A DNA stretch of 64,000 bases from Candidatus Eiseniibacteriota bacterium (GCA_963762255.1 CAVXKA010000003.1:1-64000); one strand, 5' to 3'. Shown: positions 19,008-30,437, counted from the stretch's first letter. Notes: generated by a model not told the origin, from the letters alone. A program made the numbers and translations.

Positions 19008-19761
19008 GACCGAAACGACGCTCCCGATGCTGGTACTCGAGGACGGCGCGGAACAGGTGCTCCTTCTTGAAATCGGGCCAGAGAACCGGGGTGACCAGGA
19101 TCTCCGAATACGCCACCTGCCAGAGGAGAAAATTGGAGATGCGCACCTCGCCGCTCGTGCGGATGAGGAGATCGGGATCGGGGAGCCCCGCGGTGTAGAG
19201 ATGCTGCGCCACCGTCGCCTCGTCCACCTGCTCCGGGTCGAGCGTCCCCGCCCGGACTTCGCGCGCGATCGCCTGCGCCGCCTCGGCGAGTTCGGTCCGC
19301 CCGCCGTAGGAGAGGGCCAGGTTCAACAGCATGTCCCGCCCGCCGCTCAGGAACTCCATGCTCTCGGTGAGGGTCCTCTGCACCGCGGCCGGCAGATCCG
19401 CCATCCTGCCGACCACATCGAGACGGATGCCGTTGTCGCGCATCTCGTCGCGCTGCTCCCGCAGGGTCTGCTGCAGGATGCGCATGAGGGAGCTCACTTC
19501 GGCGGGAGGACGCTGCCAGTTCTCGACGGAGAAGGTGTAGAGCGTGAGCACCTGCACGCCCAGCTCCCGGCACCCCATCACGGTCTGGCGCACGGCGTGG
19601 CGTCCGGAGAGATGGCCGAAGACGCGCGGGCGGTTGCGGCTGCGCGCCCAACGCCCGTTCCCGTCCATGATCACCGCGATGTGGCGCGGGATGTCCCCGC
19701 CGGCCAGGATATCCTGCTTGAGTTGCTCCTCAAGCTCGAGGCGTTCGGTTTCGGGCAACAT
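18997..19761 (-). CDS. uppS: Undecaprenyl diphosphate synthase
   Basis: HIAVIMDGNGRWA, FSVENWQRP, RTSGEVRISNFLLWQ. Confidence 0.97.
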   Translation of the reverse strand: MLPETERLELEEQLKQDILAGGDIPRHIAVIMDGNGRWARSRNRPRVFGHLSGRHAVRQTVMGCRELGVQVLTLYTFSVENWQRPPAEVSSLMRILQQTLREQRDEMRDNGIRLDVVGRMADLPAAVQRTLTESMEFLSGGRDMLLNLALSYGGRTELAEAAQAIAREVRAGTLDPEQVDEATVAQHLYTAGLPDPDLLIRTSGEVRISNFLLWQVAYSEILVTPVLWPDFKKEHLFRAVLEYQHRERRFGRVR

Positions 19762-19821
19762 CGATGGCCCTCCGCGGGGCCGGTGGGAGGACGTCGAGGA
19801 TCGGGAGGCGGGCCGGACGGC

Positions 19822-20376
19822 CTACACCTCCATGACCTCGGCTTCCTTCTTTTTCAGAATGTCGTCGACCTGGGCGATGTACTTGTCGTGCAGCTTCTGC
19901 ACCTGATCGGTGGCGCGGCGGGCATCGTCCTCGGAGACGTCGCCGTTCTTCTGCGCCTTCTTGTAGTGTTCGTTGGCGTCGCGGCGCACGTTGCGCACCG
20001 CCACGCGCCCTTCCTCGGCCATCTTGTGCGCCATCTTCACCAGCTCCCGGCGCCGCTCCTCGTTGAGGGTCGGGATCGGGATCTTGAGCACGTTCCCGTC
20101 GTCCTGGGGATTGAGTCCCAGGTCGCTGGTCTGGATGGCCTTGGAGATCGCGTGCAGCAGGTTCTTCTCCCAGGGCTGCACGATCAGAAGCCGGGGCTCG
20201 GGGGCGGAAACGCTCGCCACTTGCTTGAGCGGCGTCGGCGTGCCGTAGTAGTCCACGCGGATGTTGTCGAGCAACGCCGGGGAGGCCTTGCCGGCCCGGA
20301 TGCTCCCGAGATCGCGCTGAAACGCTTCCACCGCTTTGGTCATCCGGCCTTCGTGGGCCGCCATCTCCTTGTCCAT
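19822..20376 (-). CDS. frr: Ribosome recycling factor
   Basis: IRAGKASP, VDYYG, LNEERRRELVK, RNVRRDAN. Confidence 0.97.
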   Translation of the reverse strand: MDKEMAAHEGRMTKAVEAFQRDLGSIRAGKASPALLDNIRVDYYGTPTPLKQVASVSAPEPRLLIVQPWEKNLLHAISKAIQTSDLGLNPQDDGNVLKIPIPTLNEERRRELVKMAHKMAEEGRVAVRNVRRDANEHYKKAQKNGDVSEDDARRATDQVQKLHDKYIAQVDDILKKKEAEVMEV

Positions 20377-20381
20377 GTTCC

Positions 20382-21125
20382 CTATCCCTCTCCCACCAGG
20401 GTGCCCACCGGATCCCCGAGGACCAGGCGGCGCAGGTTACCGGCGATAGTGAAGTTGAAAACCAGGATCGGAAGCCGGTTGTCCATGCACAGCGATACCG
20501 CGGTCGAGTCCATCACCTTGAGGCCCTTTGTGAGGACGTCCATGTAGGTGAGGCGCTCGAAGCGCTTCGCCGTCGGATCCTTCATCGGGTCTCCGGTAAA
20601 GACGCCATCCACCTTGGTGCCCTTGATGATGACCTCGGCTCCGATCTCGACCGCCCGCAGAGCGGCCGCGGTATCGGTGCTGAAGTACGGGTTGCCGGTC
20701 CCCGCGGCCAGGATCACCACGCGTCCCTTTTCGAGGTGGCGCACGGCACGGCGGCGGATGAACGGCTCCGCGACCTGCTCCATATTAATGGCCGACATCA
20801 CTCGGGTAAAGAGGCCGAGCCCCTCAAGCCGATCCTGCAGGGCGAGCGCGTTGATCACGGTGGCGAGCATGCCCATGTGATCGGCCGTGGTTCGGTCCAT
20901 GCCGCCCGCGGCGCCGGAGAGCCCGCGGAAGATGTTGCCGCCGCCGATCACCAGCCCGACCTCGACTCCGAGGTCGCGCACGCCCTTCACTTCCTCCGCG
21001 ATCTGATCCAGGCGGGGGCTGGCGATGCCGAAGCCCTGCTCCCCGGCCAGGATCTCGCCCGAGATCTTGAGGAGGATCCGGCGGAAGCGCGGCTCGCCCG
21101 CCGCGGCTTGAGCCGCGGCCGACAT
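20382..21125 (-). CDS. pyrH: Uridylate kinase
   Basis: [36 protein letters not shown]; its ATG overlaps the tsf stop. Confidence 0.97.
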   Translation of the reverse strand: MSAAAQAAAGEPRFRRILLKISGEILAGEQGFGIASPRLDQIAEEVKGVRDLGVEVGLVIGGGNIFRGLSGAAGGMDRTTADHMGMLATVINALALQDRLEGLGLFTRVMSAINMEQVAEPFIRRRAVRHLEKGRVVILAAGTGNPYFSTDTAAALRAVEIGAEVIIKGTKVDGVFTGDPMKDPTAKRFERLTYMDVLTKGLKVMDSTAVSLCMDNRLPILVFNFTIAGNLRRLVLGDPVGTLVGEG

Positions 21126-21727
21126 CAGTCCTCCTGCCCGAGCTCGAAGCGCGCGAAGCGGCGGACGACGATGTTCTCGCCGATGGTGGCGATGTGCTCT
21201 TTGACCACGTCGTCGACCTTCTTGTCCGGGTCCTTCACGAAGCCCTGCTCGAGAAGCACGGACTCCTCGTAGAACTTGGCGAGGCGACCCTCCACCATCT
21301 TGTCGATGACGTTCTGCGGCTTGCCGCTCTCCCGGGCCTGTGCCTCGAAGAGGGCACGCTCGCGCGCGACCAGCTCGGGATCCACTTCCTCGCGGCGCAC
21401 CGCCAGCGGCTTGGCCGCGGCCACGTGCATGGCAAGATCGTGCACCAGGGTCTGGAACTGCTCGTTGCGGGCCACGAAGTCGGTCTCGCAGTTGATTTCC
21501 AGCAGCACACCGACGCGTCCGCCCGGATGGATGTAGGCGTGAACGAGACCTTCCGCCGTGGTGCGGCCGGCCTTCTTGGCGGCCTTGGCGATACCGGTCT
21601 TGCGGAGCTGGTCGATCGCCTTCTCGATGTCGCCCTCGGTGTCGGCCAGCGCTCTCTTGCAGTCCATGATGCCGGCCCCGGTGCGGGCTCGCAGCTCGCT
21701 GACCATGTTTGCGGTGATGGTGCTCAT
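21125..21727 (-). CDS. tsf: Elongation factor Ts (short, ~200 aa form)
   Basis: [42 protein letters not shown]. Confidence 0.97.
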   Translation of the reverse strand: MSTITANMVSELRARTGAGIMDCKRALADTEGDIEKAIDQLRKTGIAKAAKKAGRTTAEGLVHAYIHPGGRVGVLLEINCETDFVARNEQFQTLVHDLAMHVAAAKPLAVRREEVDPELVARERALFEAQARESGKPQNVIDKMVEGRLAKFYEESVLLEQGFVKDPDKKVDDVVKEHIATIGENIVVRRFARFELGQED

Positions 21728-21830
21728 CGTCGATCTCTCCTTCGTTGTCACGGAATCCGGCGGAGCGATCCGCCGTCAATGCTTGGGGGAATCGGGTCGA
21801 GGGAAAGCCGGGGCGGCGCCCCGGTTCCGC

Positions 21831-22589
21831 TCAACCCTTGAAGGCCAGCTCTTCGTCGGCGTCGCCGCCGGCCGAGTAGCCCTCCGAGAAGTCGGCCTTG
21901 TCCGACGCGACCCGCTCCGCCTCCATGGTGGCGTCGGCAACAACCCGGGCGATCAGCTTGATCGCGCGCAGGGCATCATCGTTGCCGGGGATCGGGTAGT
22001 TGATGAGGTCCGGATCGCAGTTGGTGTCGACGATCCCGACGATGGGGATCTCCAAGCGCCTGGCCTCGGCCACCGCGATGCGCTCCTTGTTGGTGTCGAC
22101 GATGAAGACCAGCGAGGGGATGCGCTCCATGTCCTTGATGCCGGAGAAAACCTTCTCCAGCTTCCCGCGTTCCTTGTCCAACCCCGCCGCTTCCTTCTTC
22201 GTGAAGGACGCGATGGTGCCGTCGGCCACGATGCGGTCCAGTTCCTTCAAGCGCGCGATGGACGCCTTGATGGTCTTGAAGTTGGTGAGCATGCCGCCCA
22301 ACCAGCGCTCGGTGACGTAGTACTGGTTACACCGCGCCGCCTCTTCCTTGATGATCTCCTGGGCCTGCTTCTTGGTGCCCACGAAGAGGACCACGCCCCC
22401 GTGCGCGACCGACTTGCGCACGGCGATGGCCGCGGCGTCGAGCGCCTCGAGGGTCTTGGAGAGATCCATGATGTGGATGCCGTTGCGCTCGATGAAGATG
22501 TACTTCTTCATCTTGGGATTCCAGCGGCGGGTCTGATGGCCGAAGTGAACTCCCGCTTCCAGGAGTTCGTGCATGGTAGGCATGGGCAT
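21831..22589 (-). CDS. rpsB: 30S ribosomal protein S2
   Basis: [34 protein letters not shown]. Confidence 0.98.
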   Translation of the reverse strand: MPMPTMHELLEAGVHFGHQTRRWNPKMKKYIFIERNGIHIMDLSKTLEALDAAAIAVRKSVAHGGVVLFVGTKKQAQEIIKEEAARCNQYYVTERWLGGMLTNFKTIKASIARLKELDRIVADGTIASFTKKEAAGLDKERGKLEKVFSGIKDMERIPSLVFIVDTNKERIAVAEARRLEIPIVGIVDTNCDPDLINYPIPGNDDALRAIKLIARVVADATMEAERVASDKADFSEGYSAGGDADEELAFKG

Positions 22590-22594
22590 AAGGG

Positions 22595-22735
22595 TGCCTC
22601 TTCTCCTTGGGTCGTGTTGTGCGTTGCTGCCGCCGCCTCGCCATGAAGAGATCCCCCTCGGCGCCGCGCGCCCCGTCCGAGGACGGAGGCTGGCGGGCCA
22701 CGCCGGGAGATGGCGGGGCGTGTGTATTTTCGAAC
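22595..22735 (-). promoter_or_regulatory. Structured rpsB 5' leader (t44/S2-leader-like)
   Basis: About 140-nt leader starting AAATACACACGCCCCGCC with complementary GGCGAGGCG downstream; position is typical of S2 autoregulatory leaders. Confidence 0.45.
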
Positions 22736-22749
22736 CGATCCGAACCGAG

Positions 22750-22781
22750 AAAACCGGGGGGCCGCCGAAGCAGCCCCCCGC
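22750..22781 (-). terminator. Rho-independent terminator after rpsI
   Basis: Minus strand GGGGGGCTGC-TTCG-GCGGCCCCCC followed by GGTTTTCT. Confidence 0.75.
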
Positions 22782-22786
22782 CGTTC

Positions 22787-23179
22787 CTAACGCTTCGAGA
22801 ACTGGAAGCGCTTGCGGGCGCCGGGCTGCCCGTACTTCTTGCGTTCCTTCATGCGCGAATCGCGCGAGAGGAAGCCGTTGCGACGCAGGGCGGGGCGGAG
22901 ATCCGGGTCCACCTGAGCGAGCGCTCGCGCGATACCCATCCGCATGGCGCCGGCCTGACTGGACAGCCCGCCGCCGTTGCAGATCGCGATGACGTCGTAC
23001 CGGTCCATGGTCTGCGTTTCCTGCAAGGGCAGGTGCAGCTCACGAACCAGGGTGTCCCGGCGAAAGTACTCCGCCGGAGTTTGACCGTTCACGGTGACGA
23101 GGCCCTTGCCGGGGGTCAGGCGCACGCGCGCGACCGCCGACTTCCTCCGTCCCGTGGCTTGTGCGAGATGTTCCGCCAA
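22787..23179 (-). CDS. rpsI: 30S ribosomal protein S9
   Basis: [40 protein letters not shown]. Confidence 0.98.
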   Translation of the reverse strand: MAEHLAQATGRRKSAVARVRLTPGKGLVTVNGQTPAEYFRRDTLVRELHLPLQETQTMDRYDVIAICNGGGLSSQAGAMRMGIARALAQVDPDLRPALRRNGFLSRDSRMKERKKYGQPGARKRFQFSKR

Positions 23180-23215
23180 ACGAGCTTCCTCCTTCTCCGA
23201 ATCTCTGAGCCGGGA

Positions 23216-23662
23216 CTAAGCCCCGGCCTTATCGCTCTTGGGCAGCGGCTTGGGCCCCTGCGCCTTGTGCGGGTGCTCGGGACCGGCATAGACCTTGAGC
23301 TTGCGGATCATGGCGCGGCCGAGACGGGTCTTGGGGAGCATGCCGCGCACCGCTTTGCGCACGACCTCCTCGGGACGCTCCGTCATCATGTCGTCGAGGG
23401 TGTCGATCTTCACACCCGACATGTAGCCGGTATGCCGAAAGTACGTCTTCTTGATCCGCTTCTTGCCGGTGAGCTGGACGCCGGCGCAGTTCACCACCAC
23501 CACATGGTCACCGTGGTCCAGGTGAGGCGAGTAGATGGGCTTGTGCTTGCCGCGCAGGATCGTGGCTACCCGACTGGCCAACCGCCCCAGCGCATACTCG
23601 CGGGCGTCGACCACATACCAGGAACGGTTCTCCGGCTGGGCCGGAATCGTGGGCGTGGACAT
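23216..23662 (-). CDS. rplM: 50S ribosomal protein L13
   Basis: WYVVDA, LGRLAS, LRGKHKP, AVRGMLPK, KLKVYAGPEHPH. Confidence 0.98.
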   Translation of the reverse strand: MSTPTIPAQPENRSWYVVDAREYALGRLASRVATILRGKHKPIYSPHLDHGDHVVVVNCAGVQLTGKKRIKKTYFRHTGYMSGVKIDTLDDMMTERPEEVVRKAVRGMLPKTRLGRAMIRKLKVYAGPEHPHKAQGPKPLPKSDKAGA

Positions 23663-23706
23663 GAGACGCTGCCAACTCCTTTCGAGCCAAAACTAAGAGC
23701 CGAGGC

Positions 23707-23735
23707 AGTATAGGGATCGACTCCCCCGCTGTCAA
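23707..23735 (-). promoter_or_regulatory. Sigma70-type promoter of rplM-rpsI
   Basis: Minus strand TTGACA-N17-TATACT. Confidence 0.85.
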
Positions 23736-23808
23736 CGGGCTAAATGGTCAGAACCGCTTCGCCGCGAAGGGCTTCGAGGACGCGCCGCCCTTGGCCGGGG
23801 CCGGAGCG

Positions 23809-24237
23809 CTATTCGGGCTTGGTCGCGCAGAAGCGATCGAACGCCTGGATGAGATCCGCGGCGATATCGGGGGCGGGGCGCCCCTCGATGTCCTTGCGTT
23901 CGAGCATCAGGACGAGCTCGCCGTCGCGGAAGAGCGCCATGCAAGGCGAGGAAGGCGGGTAGCCCCGGATGAACTCCCGGGCCTTGGCTACGGCCTCGGT
24001 ATCCTGCCCCGCAAACACGGTGAACAGGTTGTCCGGAACGACATTGTGGGTGAGGGCGAGCCCCACCGCCGGGCGCGCGTTCCCGGCCGCGCACCCGCAG
24101 ACCGAGTTCACGACGAGGAGCGTGGTGCCGGAACGGCTCAGGGCCTCCTCCGCCTCCAAAGCGGTGCGGGCCTCCCTGAGCCCCATCTGGGTCAACTCCT
24201 GGCGCATCGGATCGACAATCTGAGGCGGGTATGGCAT
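23809..24237 (-). CDS. BrxA/BrxB family bacilliredoxin (YphP/YqiW-like)
   Basis: MPYP..VDPMRQELT, VVNSVCGCAAGNARP (CGC motif), TVFAGQD, PPSSP. Confidence 0.92.
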   Translation of the reverse strand: MPYPPQIVDPMRQELTQMGLREARTALEAEEALSRSGTTLLVVNSVCGCAAGNARPAVGLALTHNVVPDNLFTVFAGQDTEAVAKAREFIRGYPPSSPCMALFRDGELVLMLERKDIEGRPAPDIAADLIQAFDRFCATKPE

Positions 24238-24288
24238 GGACTGATGTCTCCTCTGAGGGGGGAGCAAATGACAACCCTACTGAATCTA

Positions 24289-25338
24289 TCAGGTTGTCGG
24301 CCCCGAGGCCAAGGCGGGATTGAAGGGGGCCTGGAGAATCCCGAGTTCGGTGATCCACCCGGCGATGAGGAGGGCCGGAGTGACGTCGAACGCCGGGTTC
24401 ACCGCGCCGGCGCCCTCGGCGGGGTGCTCGCCTAGAACTTCGGCCGCGGAACGCTCCTCCACCGGGATATCCGCGCCGGAGGCGATGGCGAAGTCGAAGG
24501 TGGAGAGCGGAGCCGCCACGTAGAAGGGCACCTTGGCGTGGGCGGCACCGAGGGCGACGGAGAGGGTCCCGATCTTGTTCGCGGTGTCGCCGTTTCGCGC
24601 GATGCGATCCGCGCCCACGATGGCCAGGTCCACTCCTTCGCGGGCAAGCACCGAGGCCGCGGCGCCGTCGACAAGGATCTTCACCTCGATCCCCGCGCGC
24701 GCGAGTTCCCACGCGGTGAGCCGCGCCCCTTGCAGGAGCGGGCGCGTCTCGTCGGCGTAGACCAGGACCCTTCGGCCGGCGCGTGCCGCCGCGTAGATGG
24801 GAGCGAGCGCGGTCCCCCACCCTCCCGTCGCGAGCCCGCCGGCGTTGCAGTGGGTGAGCACGACGACGCGCTCCTTGTCAGGGAGCACGGCAAGCCCGTG
24901 CGCGCCGATGCGCCGCCCGGTGTCGAGGTCCTCCGCGAGGATCGCGTCCGCTTCGAGGCGCAGCGTTTCGGACAGGTGCGGCGTGCCGCCCAGGGGCGGC
25001 GCATCGGGCGCCGCCGCGACGGCGGCCAGCATGCGATCGAGTGCATGAAAGAGGTTCACCGCCGTGGGGCGCGTGCGGCGCAGGCGCTGTGCGGCGGCGC
25101 GGGCGCCCGCGGCGGGATCCGCGCCGCGTTCGTGAGCGCGCAACGCGCCCAGTGCGACACCATACGCCGCGGCGACGCCGATCGCGGGCGCCCCGCGCAC
25201 GGCCAGCGTCTCGATCGCAAGCGCGAGGTCCTCCACCTCACAGCAATCGCGCCACACGAGCTCGCGAGGAAGGAAGCGCTGGTCGATGAGGCGCACGGCA
25301 CCGTCCCGCCAGCGGACGGTTTCGATCGGGGCTTCCAT
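24289..25338 (-). CDS. mtnA: Methylthioribose-1-phosphate isomerase
   Basis: IDQRFLP, VRGAPAIG, RPTAVNL, LTHCNAGGLAT, ETRPLLQGARLT, NKIGT, NPAFDVTP. Confidence 0.95.
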   Translation of the reverse strand: MEAPIETVRWRDGAVRLIDQRFLPRELVWRDCCEVEDLALAIETLAVRGAPAIGVAAAYGVALGALRAHERGADPAAGARAAAQRLRRTRPTAVNLFHALDRMLAAVAAAPDAPPLGGTPHLSETLRLEADAILAEDLDTGRRIGAHGLAVLPDKERVVVLTHCNAGGLATGGWGTALAPIYAAARAGRRVLVYADETRPLLQGARLTAWELARAGIEVKILVDGAAASVLAREGVDLAIVGADRIARNGDTANKIGTLSVALGAAHAKVPFYVAAPLSTFDFAIASGADIPVEERSAAEVLGEHPAEGAGAVNPAFDVTPALLIAGWITELGILQAPFNPALASGPTT

Positions 25339-25379
25339 AGAAAACACGTCAACGCCTCCCGTGAGAACGAATACCTTCG

Positions 25380-26108
25380 CTACGGCTTCTCGGTGTGCCC
25401 CGCCGAGCGCGCGGCGAGCAGGAGCCGGTGCAACAACCCGAGCGGCAGCCCCACCACGTTGGAGTAGTCGCCTTCGATGCCGTCCACCGCGAGCGCGGCC
25501 AACCCCTGAATGCCGTACGCCCCGGCCTTGTCCATCGCCTCTCCGGAATCCACCAGCGCGGCGATGTCGTCCGCGTCGAGAACGCGGAAGCGCACCCTCG
25601 TCGTTTCCACTCCGGAACGCACCGAGCGATCCGCGCCCCGCACCACCGCCACGCCGGTCACGACCTCATGGGTGCGCCCGGAGAGCAGCCGCAGCATGCG
25701 GCGCGCGTGCTCGGCGTCGAGCGGCTTGCCCAGCGCGTCGCCATCGACGACCACCAGCGTGTCCGCTCCCACGATCAGGGTCGCGTCATTTCCCGGCGCG
25801 CCCACGGTCCGCGCATCGTCGCCCGGGGTCCGCGCCGCCGCGGCCAGCGCTTTCTCCTCCGCAAGCCGGCGCGCGGCCGCCGCCGGGGCCTCACCGGGGC
25901 GAGGCGATTCGTCCACGTCCACCGGGCGCGCGGTGAACCGCACCCCAAGTCCGGTCAGAAGCTCCGCGCGCCTCGGCGACGCCGAGGCCAGCACCAGCCG
26001 CACACCCTCCACGCCCAAGAGCCGCGCCCCCCAGGGCGCGGCGGCCCCCGGCGCCGGCCGCGCATCGCTCAAGCCCCCACCGGAAACCGGCCGCGGCGCC
26101 TCGCTCAC
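25380..26108 (-). CDS. maf: Maf family nucleoside triphosphate pyrophosphatase
   Basis: [33 protein letters not shown]. Confidence 0.93.
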   Translation of the reverse strand: MSEAPRPVSGGGLSDARPAPGAAAPWGARLLGVEGVRLVLASASPRRAELLTGLGVRFTARPVDVDESPRPGEAPAAAARRLAEEKALAAAARTPGDDARTVGAPGNDATLIVGADTLVVVDGDALGKPLDAEHARRMLRLLSGRTHEVVTGVAVVRGADRSVRSGVETTRVRFRVLDADDIAALVDSGEAMDKAGAYGIQGLAALAVDGIEGDYSNVVGLPLGLLHRLLLAARSAGHTEKP

Positions 26109-26563
26109 GCCCAGGTCTCATACGGCGTGTCGATGACCAGCGTCACCGGCCCGTCGTTCTCGAGGCTCACCAGCATGTGCGCCGCAAAGGTGCCGGTCTC
26201 CACCCGCGTCACGCCCAGCTCGCGCAAGAGCGCAGCCGTGCGCAGATAGAGCGAATCGGCGATCTCGTGGGGCGCCGCGCCGATGAAGGAGGGACGACGG
26301 CCTTTGCGGGCATCCCCGTAGAGCGTGAACTGGCTCACCACCAGCGCCTCTCCCCCGATCTCGAGAAGGCTTCGGTTCATCTTCCCCTCATCGTCGGCGA
26401 AGATGCGCAGGTGGGCGCACTTCTCGGCCATCCACTGCGCCTCGCGCTCACTGTCGTCCGGCGCCACCCCGAGCAGGATCAGGAGACCGGTCCCGATGGC
26501 GCGGGTCGGCTCGCCCTCCACCGCGACCTCGGCGCGCCGCACGCGCTGAACGACCGCCCTCAC
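26105..26563 (-). CDS. dtd: D-aminoacyl-tRNA deacylase
   Basis: From GTG 26563: RAVVQRV, LRIF..GKMN, VSQFTL, NDGPVT. Confidence 0.96.
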   Translation of the reverse strand: MRAVVQRVRRAEVAVEGEPTRAIGTGLLILLGVAPDDSEREAQWMAEKCAHLRIFADDEGKMNRSLLEIGGEALVVSQFTLYGDARKGRRPSFIGAAPHEIADSLYLRTAALLRELGVTRVETGTFAAHMLVSLENDGPVTLVIDTPYETWA

Positions 26564-28746
26564 TCTTCCTCTCCGGTGAACTGCGTCCGCTCGACCGCTC
26601 GCACTCCCTTCACGCGCTTGACCGTGGCGATCACGCGTTGCAGGTGATTCAGGTTGTTGACCTCGACAAGGAACACGCCGCGCGCGTCGCCGTCCACCCC
26701 GTGCATGGACGCGTTGCGGGTGTTGGTGCCGGTGGCGCTGATCGCGTTGGCGAGGTCGGCGAGAATGCCGCGGCGGTCGTCGGCGAATACGAGGAGTTTC
26801 ACCACGAACGCGCGCTGGTCCGCCACGTCCCACGAGAGATCGACGCGCCGTTCCGGCTCGATGCGGTCGACCATGGCGTTGGGGCAGTCGACGCGGTGCA
26901 CGCTCATCCCTCGTCCGCGCGTGATCATGCCCACGATCTGCTCTCCTGGCACCGGTTGGCAGCACTTGGCGAGGCGCACCATGAGGTTGTCCACCCCCTG
27001 GATGCGGATCCCCTCGCTGCTCCTCCCCGAAAGCTCGCGCAGTCGCGCGAAGGGGCTCTTGCGCTTCGGCTTCTCCCTCTCCGCCTCGATCTCCGGGTGC
27101 AGGCGCTGCACCACCGGGGTCACGGACAGGTCGCCCTGACCGAGCGCGGCCAGAAGATCCTCGGCCGATTCGAGTCCCATCGCCTGCGCGATGTTGATCA
27201 GCTCCTTGTCCCGCGCCGGGTCCTTGCGCAGCCGCTTGAGCTCGCGGGCGAGGATCTCGCGCCCCAGCCCGACGGAATCCTCGTGGCGCTGCTCCTTCAG
27301 CCAGTGCCGGACCTTCTGTTTTGCCCGCGACGTGCGCAGGATCGTGAGCCAATCTTCGGAGGGGTGCGCCGAGGGCTGGGTGACGATCTCCAGCGTGTCG
27401 CCGTTCTTCATCTCGTAGCGCAACGGCACCAGACGCCCGTTGGCCCGTGCTCCCACCGCCTTCAGCCCGACCCCGGTGTGAATAAGGAACGCGAAGTCGA
27501 GCGCGGTCGCTCCCTTGGGAAGATGACGCAGCTCGCCGCGGGGGGTGAACACGAAGACCTCATCCTGATAGAGCGAGGTCTTGAGGAAGTCGATGTACTC
27601 CTGCGGAGTCTCTCCGTCTTCCCACTCCTCGGTGCCGCCGACGATGCCGCCCAGCTTCTCGTCCAGCTCCCGGTCGGGGCGGCCCCCCTCCTTGTAGGTG
27701 TAGTGCGCGGCGACGCCGTACTCGGCCACCCGGTGCATGTCGCGCGTGCGGATCTGCACTTCCACGAAACGGCCGGCCGGCCCTATCACCGTGGTGTGCA
27801 GCGACTGGTAGCCGTTCGCCTTGGGCGTGGCGATGTAGTCCTTGAAGTGGTCCGGGACCGGCGTGAACCGGTCGTGGATCACCCCCAGTGCTCGGTAGCA
27901 GTCGGTCTTGCTCTCGGTGATGATGCGCACGCCGATCAGATCCTGGATGCCCTCGAAGGTCCGCTCCTTCAACTGCATCTTGCGAAGAATGCTGTCGAAG
28001 TGCTTCGGACGGCCCACGATCTCGCCGTCGACCCCCTCCGCGAGCAGGGCTTCCCGCATGGGGCCCATCACCCGCGCCACGGCCTGTTCCCGTTCGCCGC
28101 GCTTCTCCGCCACCAGGCGCGTCAGCTCCCGGTAGGAGGCGGTGTCGAGGAACTTGAGGGCCAGATCCTCCAGCTCCCACTTGAACCGCCCGATGCCGAG
28201 CCGATGCGCGAGCGGCGCGTAGATGTCCCGCGTCTCGGTGGCGATCGCGCGCTGGCGATCGGGGGGGAGGAACTCCAGCGTGCGCATGTTGTGCAGGCGG
28301 TCGGCCAGCTTGATCAGGATGACCCGGATATCCTTGGCCATCGAGAGGAGCATCTTGCGGAAATTCTCCACCTGCTCCCGCTCGGTGCTCTCGAACTGCA
28401 GCCCCTCGATCTTTGTCACCCCGTCGACGAGCAACGCCACATCCGGCCCGAACTCCCGGCGGATGTCCTCGATGGAGATGCTGGTGTCCTCCACCACGTC
28501 ATGGAGAAGGGCGGCGGTCAGGATCACGGCGTCGGTGCGGCGGTCGAGCAGCTCCACCAGAAGCCGGGCCACCGCCACCGGGTGCGCCATGTAGGGCTCG
28601 CCGCTGCGACGCTTCTGATCCTGATGGGCCTCGGCGGAAAAGGTGAACGCCTTGACGACCACGGCCTCGTCGAGGGGCACGCTTCGCCCCCGGATGTCGT
28701 CGATCAGCGGCTGCAGGAGATCCTTGGTCGCTTCCACCGGGTTCAC
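26560..28746 (-). CDS. rel: Bifunctional (p)ppGpp synthetase/hydrolase (Rel/SpoT)
   Basis: Intact HD motif [34 protein letters not shown] and ACT domains; start at GTG 28746. Confidence 0.96.
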   Translation of the reverse strand: MNPVEATKDLLQPLIDDIRGRSVPLDEAVVVKAFTFSAEAHQDQKRRSGEPYMAHPVAVARLLVELLDRRTDAVILTAALLHDVVEDTSISIEDIRREFGPDVALLVDGVTKIEGLQFESTEREQVENFRKMLLSMAKDIRVILIKLADRLHNMRTLEFLPPDRQRAIATETRDIYAPLAHRLGIGRFKWELEDLALKFLDTASYRELTRLVAEKRGEREQAVARVMGPMREALLAEGVDGEIVGRPKHFDSILRKMQLKERTFEGIQDLIGVRIITESKTDCYRALGVIHDRFTPVPDHFKDYIATPKANGYQSLHTTVIGPAGRFVEVQIRTRDMHRVAEYGVAAHYTYKEGGRPDRELDEKLGGIVGGTEEWEDGETPQEYIDFLKTSLYQDEVFVFTPRGELRHLPKGATALDFAFLIHTGVGLKAVGARANGRLVPLRYEMKNGDTLEIVTQPSAHPSEDWLTILRTSRAKQKVRHWLKEQRHEDSVGLGREILARELKRLRKDPARDKELINIAQAMGLESAEDLLAALGQGDLSVTPVVQRLHPEIEAEREKPKRKSPFARLRELSGRSSEGIRIQGVDNLMVRLAKCCQPVPGEQIVGMITRGRGMSVHRVDCPNAMVDRIEPERRVDLSWDVADQRAFVVKLLVFADDRRGILADLANAISATGTNTRNASMHGVDGDARGVFLVEVNNLNHLQRVIATVKRVKGVRAVERTQFTGEEE

Positions 28747-30437
28747 CGCGTCTTGAGATCGCGCACGACGAGCTGGACGTGAGCGCCGCCCCGCCAGGTG
28801 TCGAAGGCGGCATGAAAGAGAGCATCCACCTTCTGGCCGCGCTTGAGCTCGTTCACGCGATCGCCGAAGTTGAAGGCTATGGCCCGCTGGCGGTGCTCGC
28901 CCTGGCCCAGGGTGAACCGCAGGTGCCGCTTGCCGACGACCGAAGGTTGGTCGGAGAGCACCATTCCCTCGCAGCCGAAGAGCGGCTCGGGGTTGCCGCG
29001 CCCGAACGGAGAGAGCATCTCCACCCAGCGCACGCACTCGGCATCCATCTCCCCCAGACCGACCGCGGCGTCCACCTGGAGCGCCTCGGGGGACGTGTCG
29101 AGAACGGCGCCGCCGGCCAGGCTTTCCATCCGATCGCGAAACGCGACGAGTCGGTCGCGCCGGATCGTGAAGCCTGCGGCCTCGGCATGGCCGCCGTGCC
29201 CCTCCAGAAGATCGTCGGAAGCTTGCAGCGCTTCCGGAAGCGGGAACGCGCGAAGGCTGCGCGCGGAACCGCGCCCCATCTCGCCGTCGAGAGAAACCAG
29301 AAACGCGGGGCGACGGTATCGCTCGAGCACGCGGCTCGCCACGATGCCGATCACGCCCACCGCCCATCCATCGGACCAGAGCACCACCGCCGGAGGGACC
29401 GGATCGCGCTCGCGGATTCGGGCCGATGCCTCTTCCATCACGCCGTGCTCGACCTGGCGGCGCTCGGCGTTCAACCGCTCGATGTGATCGGCCAGGCGGT
29501 AGGCCTCGGCGGGATCATCCGTCAGCAGCAACTCCAGAGCGTTCCGCGCCTCCCCCATGCGGCCCGCCGCGTTGATCCGCGGCGCGAGGAAGAACGCCAC
29601 ATCGGACGATGTGAGCCGGCCACGGTCGAGCCGAGCCAGCGCCTTCAGCGCCTTGATCCCCGCCCACTGCGAGTCGGAAAGCTGCGCGAGGCCGTGGCGA
29701 ACGAGGATGCGGTTCTCCCCCACCAGCGGCATCGAGTCGGCGATCGTGCCCAGCGCCACCAATTGCAGCGCTTCCTTGTAAGTATCGTGAGGCAACCGGC
29801 CCGGACGCGCCGCCGCCAACGCGTGCACGAACTTGGCGGCCACCCCCACTCCGGAGAGATGCGCGAAGTTGTGAGCATCCCGGTTCCGCTGCGGGTTCAC
29901 GAGCGCGTACGCGACGGGGAGCGATTCCGCAAGCTCGTGATGGTCGAGCACGACCACATCGAGGCCCGCGTCCCGCGCGCGCTCGATTTCCGCGAACGCG
30001 CGCGTGCCGTTGTCCACGGTGATGAGCACCCGCGCGCCGGCGTCCCGGGCCACATCGACACCGTGATCGCTAAGACCGTAGCCGTCACTCCGATCGGGCA
30101 CATACGGGATCACCTGCGCGCCCATCGCCCTCAGCGTGCGGGCGAGAAACGCCGTGCCGGTGATGCCGTCGACATCGTAGTCGCCGTGCACGAAGATCGT
30201 CTCGTTCGCGTCCACCGCGCGCCACACGCGCTCCACCGCGCGATCGATGTCGTCCAGCGTCGCGGGGTCGCCGAGCCGCCCCAGCTTGGGATGGAGGTAG
30301 CGAGCCAGATCCTCGTCGTGATGAAACCCGCGGCGGACCAGCGTGCGGGCGACGGCGCGGGGCATACCAAGATCGCGCACGAAGCCCATCGCTTCGGGTT
30401 CGAGATCCTCGGTCGGCCAACTCCACGGGCGCAGCAC
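28743..30437 (-). CDS. recJ: ssDNA-specific exonuclease RecJ
   Basis: GDYDVDG, ITVDNG, LDHH, GTIAD, PRINAAGR, GGHAEAAG, PFGRGNPEP; GGAGGT RBS before GTG 30437. Confidence 0.96.
   Translation of the reverse strand: MLRPWSWPTEDLEPEAMGFVRDLGMPRAVARTLVRRGFHHDEDLARYLHPKLGRLGDPATLDDIDRAVERVWRAVDANETIFVHGDYDVDGITGTAFLARTLRAMGAQVIPYVPDRSDGYGLSDHGVDVARDAGARVLITVDNGTRAFAEIERARDAGLDVVVLDHHELAESLPVAYALVNPQRNRDAHNFAHLSGVGVAAKFVHALAAARPGRLPHDTYKEALQLVALGTIADSMPLVGENRILVRHGLAQLSDSQWAGIKALKALARLDRGRLTSSDVAFFLAPRINAAGRMGEARNALELLLTDDPAEAYRLADHIERLNAERRQVEHGVMEEASARIRERDPVPPAVVLWSDGWAVGVIGIVASRVLERYRRPAFLVSLDGEMGRGSARSLRAFPLPEALQASDDLLEGHGGHAEAAGFTIRRDRLVAFRDRMESLAGGAVLDTSPEALQVDAAVGLGEMDAECVRWVEMLSPFGRGNPEPLFGCEGMVLSDQPSVVGKRHLRFTLGQGEHRQRAIAFNFGDRVNELKRGQKVDALFHAAFDTWRGGAHVQLVVRDLKTR

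Noticed and set aside
21125-21727. Short EF-Ts as a truncation
   Set aside because: The ~200-aa form is a known natural variant in many phyla.
25780-25835. PGDDA/PGNDA duplication in Maf
   Set aside because: A small insertion in a variable loop; catalytic motifs are intact.
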